A stretch of 64,000 nt of DNA, from assembly GCA_038496445.1 (NCBI GenBank), contig JALMLS010000057.1:62001-126000 (forward strand). Reading direction: 5' to 3'. The DNA comes from Trichosphaerium sp. ATCC 40318. Its lineage: Eukaryota > Protista > Tubulinea. Below are positions 27,762 to 42,925 of this stretch, piece after piece; the stretch's first letter is position 1; each line of letters opens with the position of its first letter. The notes beneath the pieces are model-generated. The model was not told the origin of the DNA. It saw nothing but the letters and a program-made list of their open reading frames with translations, and did no database searches. The translations under genes and the position numbers were made by a program.

Positions 27762-30700
27762 TTAAAAATTGTCTTCACTATGTCTCTTCAAGCGTGCACT
27801 CATTTCAGGAGACACCTTAGACAATGCAACTATCTCAGCTGTGACTTCACGTAAAAGAGGTAGTTTAAGGACATGCTCCATTGATACATCAGTAAGTTTA
27901 TCAATACGTCCCAACATGATCCTTTCTAGCTTTCTGCAATATGTACAATATTCTATCATTGTTTCATCCGTAATTTCTAAAGAAATCCAGTGAGTGAGTA
28001 CAAGTTCACTTTTGTGAAAGTTTTTGAAAAAATAAAGTTTGTCTATTACGTACTGAAACAAAAACTTAAGTCTATCATCTTTAGGTTTGTGCAAGATTTA
28101 GGTAGAGCTCTTAAAGACTCATCTGTAATGTTTGTATTACCATGCAAGGATAGTGCTTCAAGGCAAGAGCAATTCTTGAGTGGTGATACATTCGTCATGT
28201 CAAGACCATCCAGAACCAGTTCACTAACGAAAATATCAGAGAGAAATTACATTAGACAAAAAAAGAATGCAGTAACATACTTCAATTTTCCTAGGTTTGC
28301 TACGAAAGGCAATATTGCATCTACAAAAAAAAGTCAGTGGATGTCATCCCCCGTTTTCAGACACGTGATTTTTATGAAAATGTTTAAAGGAAAAAATCAA
28401 ACCAAAAAATAACAATAAAGAAGCGTACCTGTCACAGCTGTGCAAAGAGAAATATTTATGGATTGTAAGTCAGGGTTTGAGCAAGCAAACTCAATCATCG
28501 TCGTATCTAAACAAAAAGTCTTTAGATTTTTTTTCATTTCATGTTGTTTCGAGCTCCTTTTCACGCTCGTATTGACATACCTGATACAGATGTTCTTGAT
28601 AGTTCTAGAACTTGTAACTTGCCACTGTGTTTAGCGAACAGTAGCAGGTGAGCGTCTGTCACATTCGAATTAAAATTGAAATTAAGCTCATTTAGATTGC
28701 AACACTTTGTAGCCAAGTCACGGTAAAGATCATTTGTACAGACATTGTGCGATAACACAAGTTTAAGCATATACGTGCAGAAATAATTACAAAAGAATTG
28801 CAACGTAGCAGCCGAAGGATTAAGGTTCCTACAAAAAGATTAGCTCCAAAACAACAGAAAATAACACTTACCATAATATGTCATAGCACAGAGTTAGTAG
28901 TTCGCTTGAGTCATCTAGATCGCTTAATCCATTAGATGATACCAAACCTGAAGCTTGCCATTGCTTAAGGCGTAAAAGCATTTCTTTTATCTCTGACAGA
29001 AAAATATTAAATTAGCCACAAGGTTGTAACTAATTGGTACTAAAAAACATACCTGTGACGCTCCCTGCACGCTTGTAAAGGTAAAGAGCTGTTTTTAATC
29101 TATTGAAATCGAGCTTTATTTGACGGGTGAAGCAATGTTCTACCAATGCATTCGCAAAACTATTGAGTGTATTCCCTCTATGAAGAAAATAAATCAACAT
29201 AGATGTTCCTCATTTAAGCTCAAAAAAATAAAATAAGAGTACCTTGCAGGATTTAGCTTGAGTGTCTTGTTAAAGAGTTGTTCGGCGGTCTTGAACAAAC
29301 GTTCCCTTTGGTTACCTTTGGCGTTCTGAGATTGAAGGTACAACGACATGGCCTCTGCAAAAGATACAATAGTCATCTGTCTCGTCTTGCAGGACTATGA
29401 CGAGTTAAAATAAAATAAATTAAGTCAGTAATATCATACCAACTCCTCGATATCAGGAAGAACAAAGATAAATGTGTCAGGATTCTGTCTTAGCTCCATT
29501 AGTGCCTGTCGGCTTACTTTTACACCAGCAAGCTGACAAATACGCTCAATGAACATGCTTAATCCGTAGGCTTTGATGATTGCTTTAAAATAAAGTATAA
29601 GTCACAACTGATTTGTAACGGCAAGTCAATGAATGGTATTATAAAGTACGTACCAAACAAAGGATTATGGGCGGCATTCTCATCGTTGGCCACATTAGCC
29701 ATAATATTATTTAGCTTCAACGGGTCATCCACAGTACATTTTCGTGGCTTAAAGAGAAGTATAAGTAAAGTAATAAATTATTTTTCTCAAAAAAAAATAG
29801 CGAGTACATTTTGTCCTGAAGCAGATAACGATGATCCACAAGAACATCGAAACGGTGTGAATCTTTGTTCTGATAATATATGATCTCTATGACATGTTCT
29901 AGCGCATACTTCACATACACCATTATTTTTTACTAGATTACAAGTATAGCACTATCAAAGTAAATATTAGAGAAAAAAAAAAAGTCAACAAGAAGCTACG
30001 TACCGCATACCAAGCCTGTTTGATGTACTTCTTATCAGCCGCACCACCAACAGCTGATCCAACTGTAGCAGTACAACACTCACAAGCGACAGCAACGCCA
30101 ACACGGTGCCTGTAATAAAGTGAATGAGATAAAAAAGCCACGATGATATTATCTGCAAGAGTCTGTTTACCTTTGTTCACTTAATTCTTCTTTTAGCTCT
30201 TCTGTTGTTGGGAACTCTGGAAATTGCACGGCAAGTCGCTTTCTAGGCGCAAGGATAAGCTTCTTTTCTTTTTTTAATAACACTTGGTACTCACAAGATT
30301 TTGTTCCAAAATTCACGAGTTTTATCGCGTGTGCAGTCTGATTCCTCTGAACTACGTCCAAGTATGAAATTGAATACTGTAACTACACATTCGTGGTAAG
30401 GCTCAACCGCCATCTTTCTAAAGAAAGCATTTAGTAAGTGTCCAAAGTCATTATAATATACTAAAACTACTTACTCCAACTCTCTCTTTGTTTCTCTCAA
30501 AATTTGACGAATATGGTTTTTAATTGCTCGAGCTACCATCTCAATCAGTATTGTACCACGTAAATATGGTGAATTGCTGGATGCCCTAACAAGAAATAAA
30601 TACATGGGTTCACAATGTCAGTCTAAAGTTCATACCTCAAATACGCTAGATATCGAACGTTAATGCCACGTTGGTGGATGTAATCCACAATATCACGCTT

Positions 30701-33097
30701 ATTATAGTAGCTGTAGTTATTATCCAACTGTCTGGCGACATTTGGAATATGTGAATACAATAATTCGTCAGTTGCTTCATCGATATCACGTCGATTTTCT
30801 AGCGCGTCAGGATCATGAGACTCGAAGGCTTTCAGATACGCATCTAACGTTGTTAAGAAACAACCCAGTTAAAGTCAGGCCGAGTTTAACGTACCAGAAG
30901 ATAGTGGCCCGTGGTGCTGTCGCAGAAACTCAGGTCGGAATAAACGATATAAGTGGCAATTCTTTACACGTTTTGTATCTAGTTTATCTGGTAGTGTGTC
31001 TGGGTACGGCGGTAGTGTATCCGGATACGGTGTTGTTGAGAGCACAGTGTCCGTGATAGGTGTAACAGGAGCAGTAGGCCTCAAATGCTTTGGTGTTGTT
31101 GGTGGCATTATACGAGCAAAGTCTAATAAATAGAACCGATGATCTGTTCCAATATGACCTTCAATATCAGTAGGAAAATGTATCTTTGCACAATGTTTTT
31201 TTGTTTGGCCAGCAATGTGACTTTTAAGGTTTAACCCTGCCGCTGCTTGTCTCATCAACCTACAATAAACTTAATTCTAAAAAACTTGCTGTAGAGCATA
31301 AAAAAGGCGCGGACGTAGGAAGAAAAAAGTGACACGCGCCAAAAATTTAAGTGAAAATTTTTCAGGTAAACACAAAGTTCCGAACGACGAAGTAGTTGAT
31401 GACACGTACTCTGGAACTGACTTTCCATTGACATATTTACCAGCACCATCACGTACAGTTACGCCACTATCATCAGAACCGTAAACCAAAGAGGCTTTGC
31501 CTCGTATTGGCAGATATGACAGTGCTACCAGACGAAACCCTTGGTAGTCGATCTATGAGAAAATTGTTAACGACATATCATTCAACGAAGAAAAAAAGAC
31601 TCGAAGCAGTACCAAAGTCATTAAAGGTAACGATATACCCTCAATATTCAATTCTAGCAACTCTCTCAACCCTATCATCTCATGACTTGCTGTTTTCATA
31701 GCACACTCATCGCCACCATATAATCCCTGCCAATCCGTTGCAAATTTGAAGACTATACCGTGATAAATGTACTTTTCACCTACAGATCTTTTAAAACCAC
31801 AAAATAAAAAGTGAACAAAAAAAAGAACGCACCACCTGCCCGTCCACCTATATTCAAGGGTTTTACAGTTTTCATATGATCAGCCAGGAATACTTCGCTA
31901 ATAATAATTTTTCCATAAATCTCAGCTGACAGACGATTAGTGTTTTGCGAATCACGGACTGAAATCTTTTTTTCTTTTAGTGAAAAGTATTTTTACCTGT
32001 ACGCTCAAAGTTTTGCGCCACAGCCTTGATGGTATCATAACGACGTATAGCGTTTTCACGGCTTCCTTCTGCAGATATATCGTAAGCACTCTGAAACATT
32101 TCATTCCAGTTTCTTTGCTCCCCACGGTCTTCTCTCATACCAGCAATCTTTTTCTACAGCGAAAGTTCACACGAAGATAAGAAAAAAAATCAAAACTGTT
32201 TTTGGTAAAAAGTAAAGCAATAGCGCAGCAATCTGTTCTGGACAATTTTTCTTGTAAGACATGTTCTATAAATATTCCATTGGCAACATCCATTATGAGA
32301 AAAACTATTGAGGAAGTACAGGAAATGATTTTTCGGAAAAAAAAATTAAAAAACGTACCATAGATGTGTCCAATTTGTGCATGGTTTGCTTTCCTCTATC
32401 CACCAATTCGTCGTGTTTTGTTTTATTTAGCAAATCGGATGGGTGAGTATTTCTAACAAAGGTAACAAAAGCATGTGCTGTATTAACAATCTGGTAAAAG
32501 TAAGCTACAACCAATAAAAAGCGTATTGTACGTGATGTGACTCTTGTTGTAATTGCTGAAACGAGCTCAAAGGTGCTTCAAGAGCTTCAGCTTTCTTTTC
32601 TTGCTTGTCGCCATCATCGCCCTCGCTTGCTTTCTGTTCAACCCTTTGTCGTTTGGACTGTTGTAGCTCGTCCAATATTGATGGTGAGTGTGGTCGTTTA
32701 GTACCAATAGTTATAAAGTGTTGGTTTGCAATCTACCAACGTGGAAATAATCAGTACAAAGAGTCAAACGCAAACATTATCCCGTTATTAAAATGTCTAA
32801 ACGTACAATTGATGTCCGTGGTTCGTCTGCAGGGTCTGACGCCGTGTCATTGTCAGAACCGTACGCGTTTTTATCTTCTACCTCCTCGTTATTATCGTAC
32901 GCATTGTCTATTTCTGTTGCGTTGGTAGTATCTTCCATTCTACTATCAATCGTGGTCCTAGAAGACATTATTTCAACATTATTTACTTCCATCAATTAAG
33001 TATTAACGTTATAAACTAACCTGGACAATGGCAGGTGTGTAGCGGCGATATCAACAACTTCCAAATCATAGCCCAAAGCACTCGCGTTGTTGGCCAT
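27762..33097 (-). CDS. CLU (clustered-mitochondria)-domain protein with TPR-like segment and C-terminal leucine-rich repeats
   Basis: AGGEKYIYHGIVFKFA, LVYGSDDSG, LNLKSH, PTDIEGHIG.DHRFYLLDFARIMPP, LYRLFRPEF, HQRGINVRYL; C-terminal LRRs (VTDAHL, ITDESL, ITDETM, LTDVSM). Confidence 0.8.
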
Positions 33098-33495
33098 ACC
33101 AACAGCTAGTTAAGACGTAAGCAGTTGTTAATTAGTATATTCAGGCTTGTTTCTGTTGTTCACAAGGTCACTGTCGGTCTTTTCTTTAAAGGTCAGTTAA
33201 CTCAGCACTTTACTTTACGCCTACAACACTTTTGATTGATGTTTTCTTCGTTGTATAAGATGTTTTAAGACAAAGGGCGAAAACGCTTGTTAGAACGGGG
33301 TTTGCCACTGACACTTTAGATTGAAAGGTTCTCATGTTGGTATCAGCTACCTAACAACGCCACAAATGACATTTTGAACGAAGACAATAACAAATACATA
33401 CTGAACAAATCAGAGAATAGTGCTTGCAAATTCGCCAAGTCAAATTCATTCCTTTTAGCTCTAAACGACCACCGCAACGATTGTTTGATCTTGTT

Positions 33496-36400
33496 ATGCA
33501 ACCGCAATACGCTACGTAAGGATTAGATAGTATATAGCCCTTTAATGTAGTTATCAGTGCTCAACAGACAAATGCCCGCCGTGAAATTACGCACGCCATG
33601 AGAGTGGACTCGATTAAGAGATTGTACGAACAATCAATGATTTTTGACTGTTACGGTGCCAATAATTCCCAACAGGGCGGGCGTACTGCTTACAATACAA
33701 CAATTCGCGTCTGCATTAAAAGGAGAGAAGCGAACAAAAGCGAGTCTTGAAGCTGATGTGGAGACACTCGCTAAAAAACTAGAAAATGCCGTACGCACAA
33801 AACCTAGCCGTAATAAGTTTTGTCGTTTCGTTTTGGTTTTGAAAAAAAAATAACAACGTAACTCCGAATGACAGGCGTTCAACAGTGCAACTAGTACGCA
33901 ATCTTATTACAATACAATAAATGCGGCTTTGCAAAACGGCAAAAAAAAGATACAAACCTTACAAGCAGAATACAAACGTAGACTCGCTATTCAGCAACAA
34001 CCTCAGCAGCTTAAAAACAACCAACAGTTTATAGCGAACCAAGTTGGCGCTACGGGTAGACGCGTTCAGCCAACAACTGGGTTGACGATGAACCGTGGTG
34101 CCGTGCAAATACCAGGTTGGTTTCACTGAAACTTACGCAATTACAGCATGCTGACACTCATGTCTTAGGCACTCAACGCCCTATTAGCGGTCCACAAAGG
34201 TTAACTCAAGCGGCTCGAGTCAAAACAGCGCAAGAATACGCGAGGCTACGACAACAGCAACAACTTACACAAGCCCGTGGTATTCTTCAGGGTAGGAACC
34301 AGCAATTAATCGGAGTTCCTGGTCAGACTATACGCGCGCGTAATAATATTCCTGGACAAGTTAGGCTTCCTCAACAGACAACTCAACAGGCAATTCGCCA
34401 ACGGATGCCTCAAAGAATGAACCCACAAATTATTGCTCAACAAGGCCGACCAGTGTCAGGTCTGGCAGCCCAACGTAGTGTAATGTTAGATGCTCAAATG
34501 CGCGCAGCGAATGGAACTGTACAAGTCAACAATGGAGTAATTAGAAATTCTGTATGTCGTTCTACAGAATTGCGAGTGATTGACGTTTATTTAGGGACTC
34601 GGAACTACCATGGTAAACAACGGTATCAAAACGATAAACGGTGGCTCTATAGCAAAATCTATGGCGCTTGGTGGTGCTACAGGTAGAAGTGCAGTAGGTG
34701 GAGTTGCAGCACTCGGGCAGAAAGTAGCAAACAATGCCAACACACTTGCAGCTCGAACTCAGCAACAAAGAAACAATCTTGTCAATCGAACACCAGGTCA
34801 AACTCCAACCAATAACATAATTTTGAATGGCGTAAAGCCTGCTATGTCTACTCAGAATGTAATACAACAGAGCGATGTAAATGTTGCACACAACAGACAA
34901 GTACAAGCAGCAAACTATCAAAAAACTTTAAACAAGGTACTGCCGAATTATTTTTTTTTTTGGGTCTTAGACTAACATGTTCTAAAGCATGCAGATGTAC
35001 TCAAAATAACAAAAACAAATCGTGCAATGCTATTTCAAGTTTTACGCACAAGAAGTGGATCATTGACTCCAGAACAGGGGATGCATTATAAAAAAGTTGT
35101 TAAGAGAATAGATGATTTTCTGGTACGCATTTCTTTAAATCCAGTTTTCTTTTTTTGTTGAGTTCATTTTGTAGCTAACTGGTTTTATTTGTTAGGCTTT
35201 CTTGACTAAAACAATACCGAATGCTCAAGCTTCATTAGATGAACAAATAGCAGTGTATAAGAGACTCTTGCATATTGAGAAATTCAATAAAGAGGTTGTG
35301 TCCAAGTACGTTTTTTTTGTTTGACAATTTCTCATGAAACTAGACTATTTTAATGTTTTATATTATACTTACCATCTTCGATAAGTAGATTGGGAATTAA
35401 AAATCCTATCAAAGCGCATTTTGATAAAGAATTGGAGCAGTTATGCCGCTCCAAAAATGGTCATAGACTGATCAAACAAAAGTTAGTACAAATGCTAAAA
35501 GCAAGGCCCAACCCAATACCACCAAGGGAGAATTTGCTTTTTAGTAAGCTCCAAATGATGTGTAAGGTCCATAAACGAATTACAACACGCCCAGTTTGCC
35601 CACTAGGACCACGTACGGACAATACCTGAACCATAAAAGATGACGCCTATTGAATAAATTTAATGTCTTTTTATTTTCTCTTTAACCCTTTTTATTAGGT
35701 CCTAGAGAACACGTGACTAGCAGGAACCTTCAATGGTGGGTAAACACAGGTAGAGGTGTTACTAAGCGTAAACGGAGAACACCAAAGATCATTAAAGCCA
35801 AAGCTATGGTTGAAGCTTTTAATGGTATGAAAGAAGAGATATTAGTTAAAGTACTTGATGGCATGCGTATGAGAGTTGAGCAGTTTATTTGCCAAGACCC
35901 ATTCTTCAAATTGGCAGAGAGTACTGATGATAACTCGAATTCTATTATAATAATAATGCCTTCAAACTTGTCCTATGATCAAGGGTCACTACGTATATCT
36001 TTTGAACAGCCTTACTCTTCTTATGGCTTAATTCGTGACCCTAAGAAACCTATCAATTTGCTTAATATATTGCCTCAAATACTTGGTCAAGGTGGTGATC
36101 CGTTGAGCGATAATGTTCAGACATGGGTACGCTGTCATTTCTTATTAATTTGAAAGTTCCAAACTCGATTTTCAGAAAACGCGTTAGTAAGATACTTCCG
36201 CTACAAAAAAAAAAAACCCTAAGTATTGTTTGTCGTCTTTTACACGTGCAAGTTTTCGGAATCGGAACTCTATTACGATTTTTTTTATCGGAGCTCAAAT
36301 ATTCCGCCATTTCGTTTGTTGCAACGTTAACAACTTGCTAGGTGCGTGAGGCAGCGATTAACGCAGAAGAAGAGATGAACAAAGGCCTGAATGGTGCCAA

Positions 36401-36515
36401 GAAAGAAGATCTGCAAATCTTTGCTGGGTCAGCCGCTCTTGAGCGCGTTCTCTCTGACTTTAAGCAATATATTCTATCTTCAAACAAACCCGACTCAAAT
36501 ATGGGTTCAGTTTGA
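33496..36515 (+). CDS. Mediator subunit 15-like protein (N-terminal KIX-like domain, Q/N-rich middle)
   Basis: Spliced N-terminus ...AKKLENAAFNSATSTQSYYNTI resembles the KIX_2 helix 3, followed by a long Gln-rich region and a folded C-terminus. Confidence 0.5.
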
Positions 36516-36769
36516 GTTCACGCCATTATTATAATGCACAACCGCAAGACGGTAATTGTACAAATAGTAAAGACCAATAAAAACAGTAGTTTTAATGTAC
36601 AAAGTTATAAATTAGCCATTTTTTCCTCAAAAGGAAGGCAAGCGGTGGGTAAGTCTTTTATGTTCTTCAAAATAATACAGCGGGCAATATAACACTGGCA
36701 TCAACTTGCAGTATAGTTTCTGAGGCTTCTTCATAGCTATTGTTTAATACACAATGAAAAAGAGTAAGA

Positions 36770-38083
36770 ATGTCTTTGGAAACTTATCTGATCTAACGAA
36801 GAGCCCTATTAATGAATCTGAGGAGCTCATAGTACGATTTCCAACTTTTTAGAAATTACTCCGTAAAACGTTTTTTGAAGGTATCACCCTCGTCTTCATT
36901 GCAAAGAGACGCGTTTAGTATTGGTACGTTGCAACTTTAGTTGGAGTATTTTGTATGGTGTATCATGTACCATTTACTCACGTATACAGCGAGCAGCGAT
37001 GCTGCAGACGCATCTCCTACGCATAAGGTAGTACTATCTCCACAATTAGATCCACTGGCGGAATACCGCCGTCCCTTAGCCTCTAAGGGGTCTCCAACGT
37101 ATGTCAATACAAGTGGCACTAATTATTGTGGGTCTAACGCGTGATAGACTGAGTTCAAGCGACGATTCGTTTGTGACTCGTAGCAGTTCACCTAAGCGTA
37201 AACCTTCAATTGACATGTTCTCTATGGAGGGAGCAGGCATAAATAGCCCAAGGCTTGTCACAGACAAAAGAAACGTAAGCACAATCCATGTCATTGAATT
37301 CAAAGTTGGAACATACCATAACCAGCCACACCAAAAAGGAAAAGCGCACTTTAACTTCGAGGTACAAACCGCACCCAATAAAAAAACAGCTTTGTATTAA
37401 AACAAAATAACTCCCTAATCCCTTTATTAGAACAGATTATTGCGTTGGGACGCATTATCTCATCCTTTTGTAAAAATAGAAATCGGGTTTGATCAAATAG
37501 AAGAAATGAAGTTACAAGTGAATGGCGTTCTCGCTTCTCTTGAAATAGTGAGTACAGAACCTAATGTAATCGAAAGCAATAATGGTGGCGTCGAATGGCG
37601 TACAGTACCAATGGTACGACCAGTACAACACAGAAACTAGATTTTGATTTAAAATGTCCATTCTAACAACAGAGCTGCTTAGGCGTTTCCAAATTGCACT
37701 ACGTGCAGACATGTACTAACGTTCAAGTGGATAAGCTTAGAGCGCCCTTTAAAGAGGCTCCTAACGAGTGATGTACGATTAAAAGACCTTTTTTCGAATG
37801 GCAGTGAAGGTAAGAAGCAAGGAGGTGAATCTACTGCAATTAGACCGATTGCAGGAACTATATCTAGTTCAGTAGCACCACGACTATCGCCTAATCTATT
37901 CACAATACCGGATACACCAAACACAAATGATTCGTCAATATCGACGTCTGATGCATCACGTAAGAGCTATCAAACTTTTGTTGGTTATAGGAATGTTTTA
38001 TTTACGTTTGTAACTTAGAATCACGCTCTTGGATTGTCCACTCCGTGGATTTAGGATCCTTTGCATCACCCTCTAGTAAATGA
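36770..38083 (+). CDS. Ser/Pro-rich protein with a central PH-like domain resembling the plant TRF2/HOY1-type family
   Basis: FENRLLRWD..VKIEIGFDQI ... CRHVLTF..LERPLKRLLTSDVRL resembles that family's pattern as recalled; exons join by GT-AG introns. Confidence 0.45.
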
Positions 38084-38541
38084 GGCATCCACGCTTGAGC
38101 AAAGACCCATTTCAAACGAAGTCACACGGCCCTAAATGGCAATTTTCGATACTTTAGTGTAAATAAAGAGTAACAACAGCAATTTGACGTTCAGGTTTTC
38201 TGCTCAGTATTAGATACTTTGTACCACAGACCGTTCCATTGGTTTTACAGCGCACGTATTATAAGACAGCTGACAAGTGAGTAACCGAAATTCCCATTGA
38301 AGGCTGTTTCAGCTAAATAGTAGTGTAAAAGGAACAACCCTCAAGCGTTGAGTACATTTCAGGAAAGTGGCAAAGAAAAATATAAGCCTGCGACACAGCT
38401 ATTTTCGGGATGCTTTTGTACGAGAGTTATGTGATGTGGAACCCATGACGATAGTTGACGCCGCCAATAAGTGGGAAGAGGTGGATCGAGAAGATTTCGT
38501 TGAATATCACACAACTATAGTATAACTACAAAACCATAACC

Positions 38542-39675
38542 ATGAAGGCAACCAGTAAACCGAATAAGGCCCCGAAAAGCTCTAAATCGCGTAAGGGGCA
38601 GAAATCACCAAAACCCTCCTTAGAATTTACATTACTCACATATAACGTTAATTTTGCGCTTGCTGTGGCGGTACGGAGAGTTGTACGCTGTTGAAAGCCA
38701 AATTGTTTTTTAGGGCCTAAAAGATCGTGGTCGAAAGTTTAATAGCGGTGATAATGACGACCACGCACAAGAAATAGCGACTATAATTGCAAAAGCAGAT
38801 GCTGACATTGTAGTTCTTCAAGAAACAAACCAAGAGTGGCAAACGCTTTTAGAAGAGCAGCTAAAAGACCAGGTACTATTTAAAACTTGAAAGGTTTGTG
38901 TTTTTACTGACGCAGAATTGCAGTACAAATACACGTTGTTCCGACATCCAGTGGGTTCTGATAGGGAATCAGGAGGTGCAGGAGTACTAAGCAAGTACCG
39001 AATCAAAGAAATAGAGTGGATCCCGGCACATTCGAAGTGGTTCCACGGCTGGGTATTACGCGTCAAGCATGCCAAACGCGTATTCAATATTATAAACACT
39101 CATCTAAGGCCTCCGTTGGGTAAAACGTCAAGTGTACCTAATCCTGTAGAATGGAAAAAGGCTTTAAAGCACAGGGTAGCCGACTTGCAAGATTGGATGA
39201 GTTATCTTGATAAAGATGTGCCTGCTATTATAGCAGGTGATTTTAATGAAAGCCGTACCGGTGTATATAGTGGGAAGTGTATAGGGTTTTTAGAAAATCA
39301 AGGTATGTTGACGTGTAGATGGAAAAACCATTTTCAGAACATAAGTCGTGGCTTGTTTTTTTAAAAAAATTCTGAACAAGTGTTTGCTTTGACATCCGTT
39401 TTGTGCTAATAAAGAGTAAAAAGGTTATATTGATGCTGTTCACCAGTACCAAGCTAAAGTAAATACATGGGTTTGGAAGCTTCCAGTAGGCACCTTAAAA
39501 GGCAAATTTGATCACATTTTTTATGGTAAGAATGCTTTTTTTTTTGAATGTTTTATGATTAAAACCTCTCTTAGAGCCGACTAAGATGGCTTGCAAAAGT
39601 GCTACTGTTATAAAAGCTGGTCAATCAGATCATTTTCCAGTACTTTCAGAACTTGTTATTAATGCTGGCGCCTAA
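38542..39675 (+). CDS. Endonuclease/exonuclease/phosphatase (EEP) family protein
   Basis: TYNV, ADIVVLQET, INTHL, IIAGDFN, FDHIF, SDH catalytic motifs. Confidence 0.88.
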
Positions 39676-39821
39676 AAAATCCAAAATGTAAAAAATGTTT
39701 AAAGTTTGTAAATAAGAAGAAAAAAACTAAGTTGCACTATTCCTTTGTTTTTATTTTAACATTAATTTTACCACTACATCTGCTCAACGTACAGGCTGTT
39801 TGTTACATACACGTAATCTTC

Positions 39822-40563
39822 TTACTTCTTGGAGAGACAATCCTTAGGCGGAGTGAATGTATTAGGCGGCACGATTGTCGTTATACTCGTAATATCAATG
39901 AAGCAATCACGCGCTTTTTCTATACGTAGCAATCTACAAGGGTTATAAAAACACTTGGGGGAGGCTGTTACTTACTTGTAAGGTAGAGTTTGAGTAACTA
40001 TATACAAGAAACCATTTGAGGGCAACTTCCACACATTGCTAGCACCAGCAATAAGTTTTTTAAATCTTCATTGGCTAAAAAAATTTGTACCATTCCTCGT
40101 TGTTAATTCTACGAGTCCCTTCATAGAACGCAGACTTTAAGAAAGTTGGTGCGAGTGGTTCACCATCGATTGGAATGGTTTGACATAAGTCAGCTGAGAC
40201 AATGTACTGATAGCGTGTTCCCTTTGATAGTGGTGAGTGCATACGCCCAGGATTGCATAAAGACGTACAATAAGAAAGTTGTTAATCTGAACTACTGATG
40301 TCGCATTCCCAGGTCCCAAAACAAAATCTAGGCGTATTTGAAACTCTTTGTAATCGTAGTATTCAGTAATAAATGCTTAAGGTGTGTAAGTCTTCAATTA
40401 GCGCTTCCTGTAGTTCACACGCACTCTTTGATTTCCCTTCATACGATACCATTGTTCTAACGTATTGTGTAGGAAATACTGGCGTAGGCGGAACAGTGTC
40501 AACTGAAATGGCCACAGCACCAACGATTAATGCTATAAAACACAAGAACGCCCCATTCCGCAT
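39822..40563 (-). CDS. Secreted ependymin-related (EPDR)-like protein
   Basis: Signal peptide, PPTPVFPTQY N-terminus and C-terminal PPNTFTPPKDC motif. Confidence 0.5.
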
Positions 40564-40843
40564 GATGTGATTTGTTGGTGGAAGTTTCTTGCGCCGAAAA
40601 GACTTCGTGGCTTAATTGAAGAGACAAAAATATAAATAAGTCTACAAAATGATATTTGCAAAAACACGAATTCGCTGCTTTTTGTAGGATGCACACGGTA
40701 GTTAAAACTATGGAACAGTATACAATAATGATTGTGGCTAAGTCTGTTTTATTTGTATCAAAGGCGCTTGGGCCAGACTCCCATTTATGTGGTATTTAAG
40801 CGTTTTATTTTGGTTTTTTTAAAAAAAGGTGACACTTTAGAAA

Positions 40844-42837
40844 TTAAAAGATGCCATAGCTTCCGAATTCGGCTTGTTCCTTCATAAACATCTCGAAGTA
40901 TTGATAGATGATAGTAACAGCAAGTAGAATACCAGTTCCGCTTCCAATAGCACCCAAGAAATCAGCAGTAACTGAAAGAGCGCCGATGCAAAGTCCACCA
41001 AAAGCAGCTGCGGTAGGAATGTAACGTTCCAAAACATCTTCGAGCTTAGAAGCACGGTGTCCACGAACAACCATTTGTTGATCACGGAGTTGCTTGGCTA
41101 CATCCTTTGGTGCAGATCCAGATACTTCAATCCAAGTTTTGGAGAAAAGTGCGCAACACGTCAATACAAAAGTGACTAGCAAAAAAAGAGTTAGTTGAGC
41201 AGACGAACTCGTTTTTAAGTAAACGTACGGTAAAAGAACGTGTGGAACGGATCTTGCAGCAGGGCCATGAAACTTCCCGGTGGCGATACGTAGTATGCCA
41301 ATCCTCCAATTGGGATACTTTGACCTTGGTAACCAGGATGTTGAGAGTCCTAAAAACCAAAATTAGTTCACAGTACAAGTGGATTAAACGAATAAAAAGT
41401 AAAAATGTATTTTTGGAAATTATAAAAAATACGTACACGCCAGGTTCCCAAGAGTTGAATGAAAAAGTTGGTTGGGTAGCGTCTGTATAAGAGCTGGGAC
41501 AAAAAGTACAAGTTGGACACAAGTGCAGTTTGGAGGATAATTGGGATGTTTGATGTGTAAAAGAGTTTGATTGGGTATGTACCACCAGAACCTCTTTGAC
41601 GTTCGTGCCTTAAATGATCACGTTAGAAACTGAAGTGGTATATTTTATAATCCGTACTTGACAGGTAGATCTACACGGAATCCTTGGAAGTAGATGACAA
41701 CACAGAAGACCAATACGGTGGCCATGAGGTTGGTGAGATTTGGCAAGTTTTGTCTGTAAAAGGCTTCCTTCAATGCACGCACTTTATCTTGACGGGTCAA
41801 GATAAGGTGGAAAAATGCAATTAATGCGCCTTCGAACTCGATACCTTTAAAAAAAAGAGTTAATAAAATGCTTGTACATCAGATATTTAACTCGTACCTC
41901 TACCAGTGTTGATGGTTGTAGGACTGAGAGTCTTCCAAACGATAGTTTCGCAAATGTTAGTCGCAATGAAGAGAGATATGGCAGAACCGAGGCCATATCC
42001 TTTGGAAAGCATCTCATCCTTTGGAAGAGGTTAGATACAAAACTAAAAAATACAAATAAAGGCGTACGAGGCACAATACAATGATACCAGCGAAGAAAAG
42101 TTGTAAGACAATCAAAAAGGCGTTTCCGATACCGAGGTCTTCGATTTCACCTGTTAAAAATGATGAGTAAGCGAAACAGGGTAGGTTTGTGATGTGGCAA
42201 AAAAATTTATCCAATAAAATTTTGTGACACGTATAAGCACAAAAATACGCACCATACATTCCAGAGAGTACGTATGCGCTACCTTGTCCAATAGTGATTA
42301 ACATTCCGAAAACTACACGTAAAATCAGAAAACTGGTACAACAGAGAGCTCCAGACGCCTCAGTTAATCGCGTGGTAGCGAAATAAAACGCGTACGCTTT
42401 TGAGCTCCATTAAATAGTTCCCTGTCGTCTTTAATCGACTGATCAACGTCCAGGATTTTAGAACCGGCTAATAGTTGCATAACAAGACCGGAAGTGACAA
42501 TGGGCGAGATCCCAAGCTCCATCAGTGTTCCTCTGTTACTTGCCATGATAACTCGCATCCAATAGAACGGATCTGATGAATCAGAAGCGCGGATACCGTA
42601 AAGAGGTATTTGACAACAGACCAAAAAGATGAAGAGCGTGATCGCAGTCCAGAGCACCTTTTCGCGAAATTGCACCTAAATACGTTAATACTCACACTAT
42701 AGTGTTCTTTTATGTACTTTGCGCTCTGGTTGTTGGACCTCAGGCAGAATAGCCATAAAAGGCCGTATGTAGTGCAAGATTTTAACTGAGGAGCGTTAGA
42801 CATGTGTTTATAGCATAGGACAAGTACCTCCACTCAT
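40844..42837 (-). CDS. SEC61A: Protein translocon subunit Sec61 alpha
   Basis: [87 protein letters not shown]. Confidence 0.98.
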
Positions 42838-42925
42838 TGTTCCTCTATTACACGTATGAGTGACTCGAAATGTCAGAGCTGGTCAATAAAAATTTTTGAG
42901 TACGTGTAACTTGTCTTTGGCAAAA

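Noticed and set aside
30990-31032. 21-bp tandem duplication (PYPDTLP x2) in the CLU gene
   Set aside because: Small in-frame insertion in a probable loop with no further signal.
38363-38525. Short frame with an HMG-box-like ending (AANKWEEVDRED)
   Set aside because: No convincing start or splice link, and it ends only 16 nt before the EEP start codon; probably chance.
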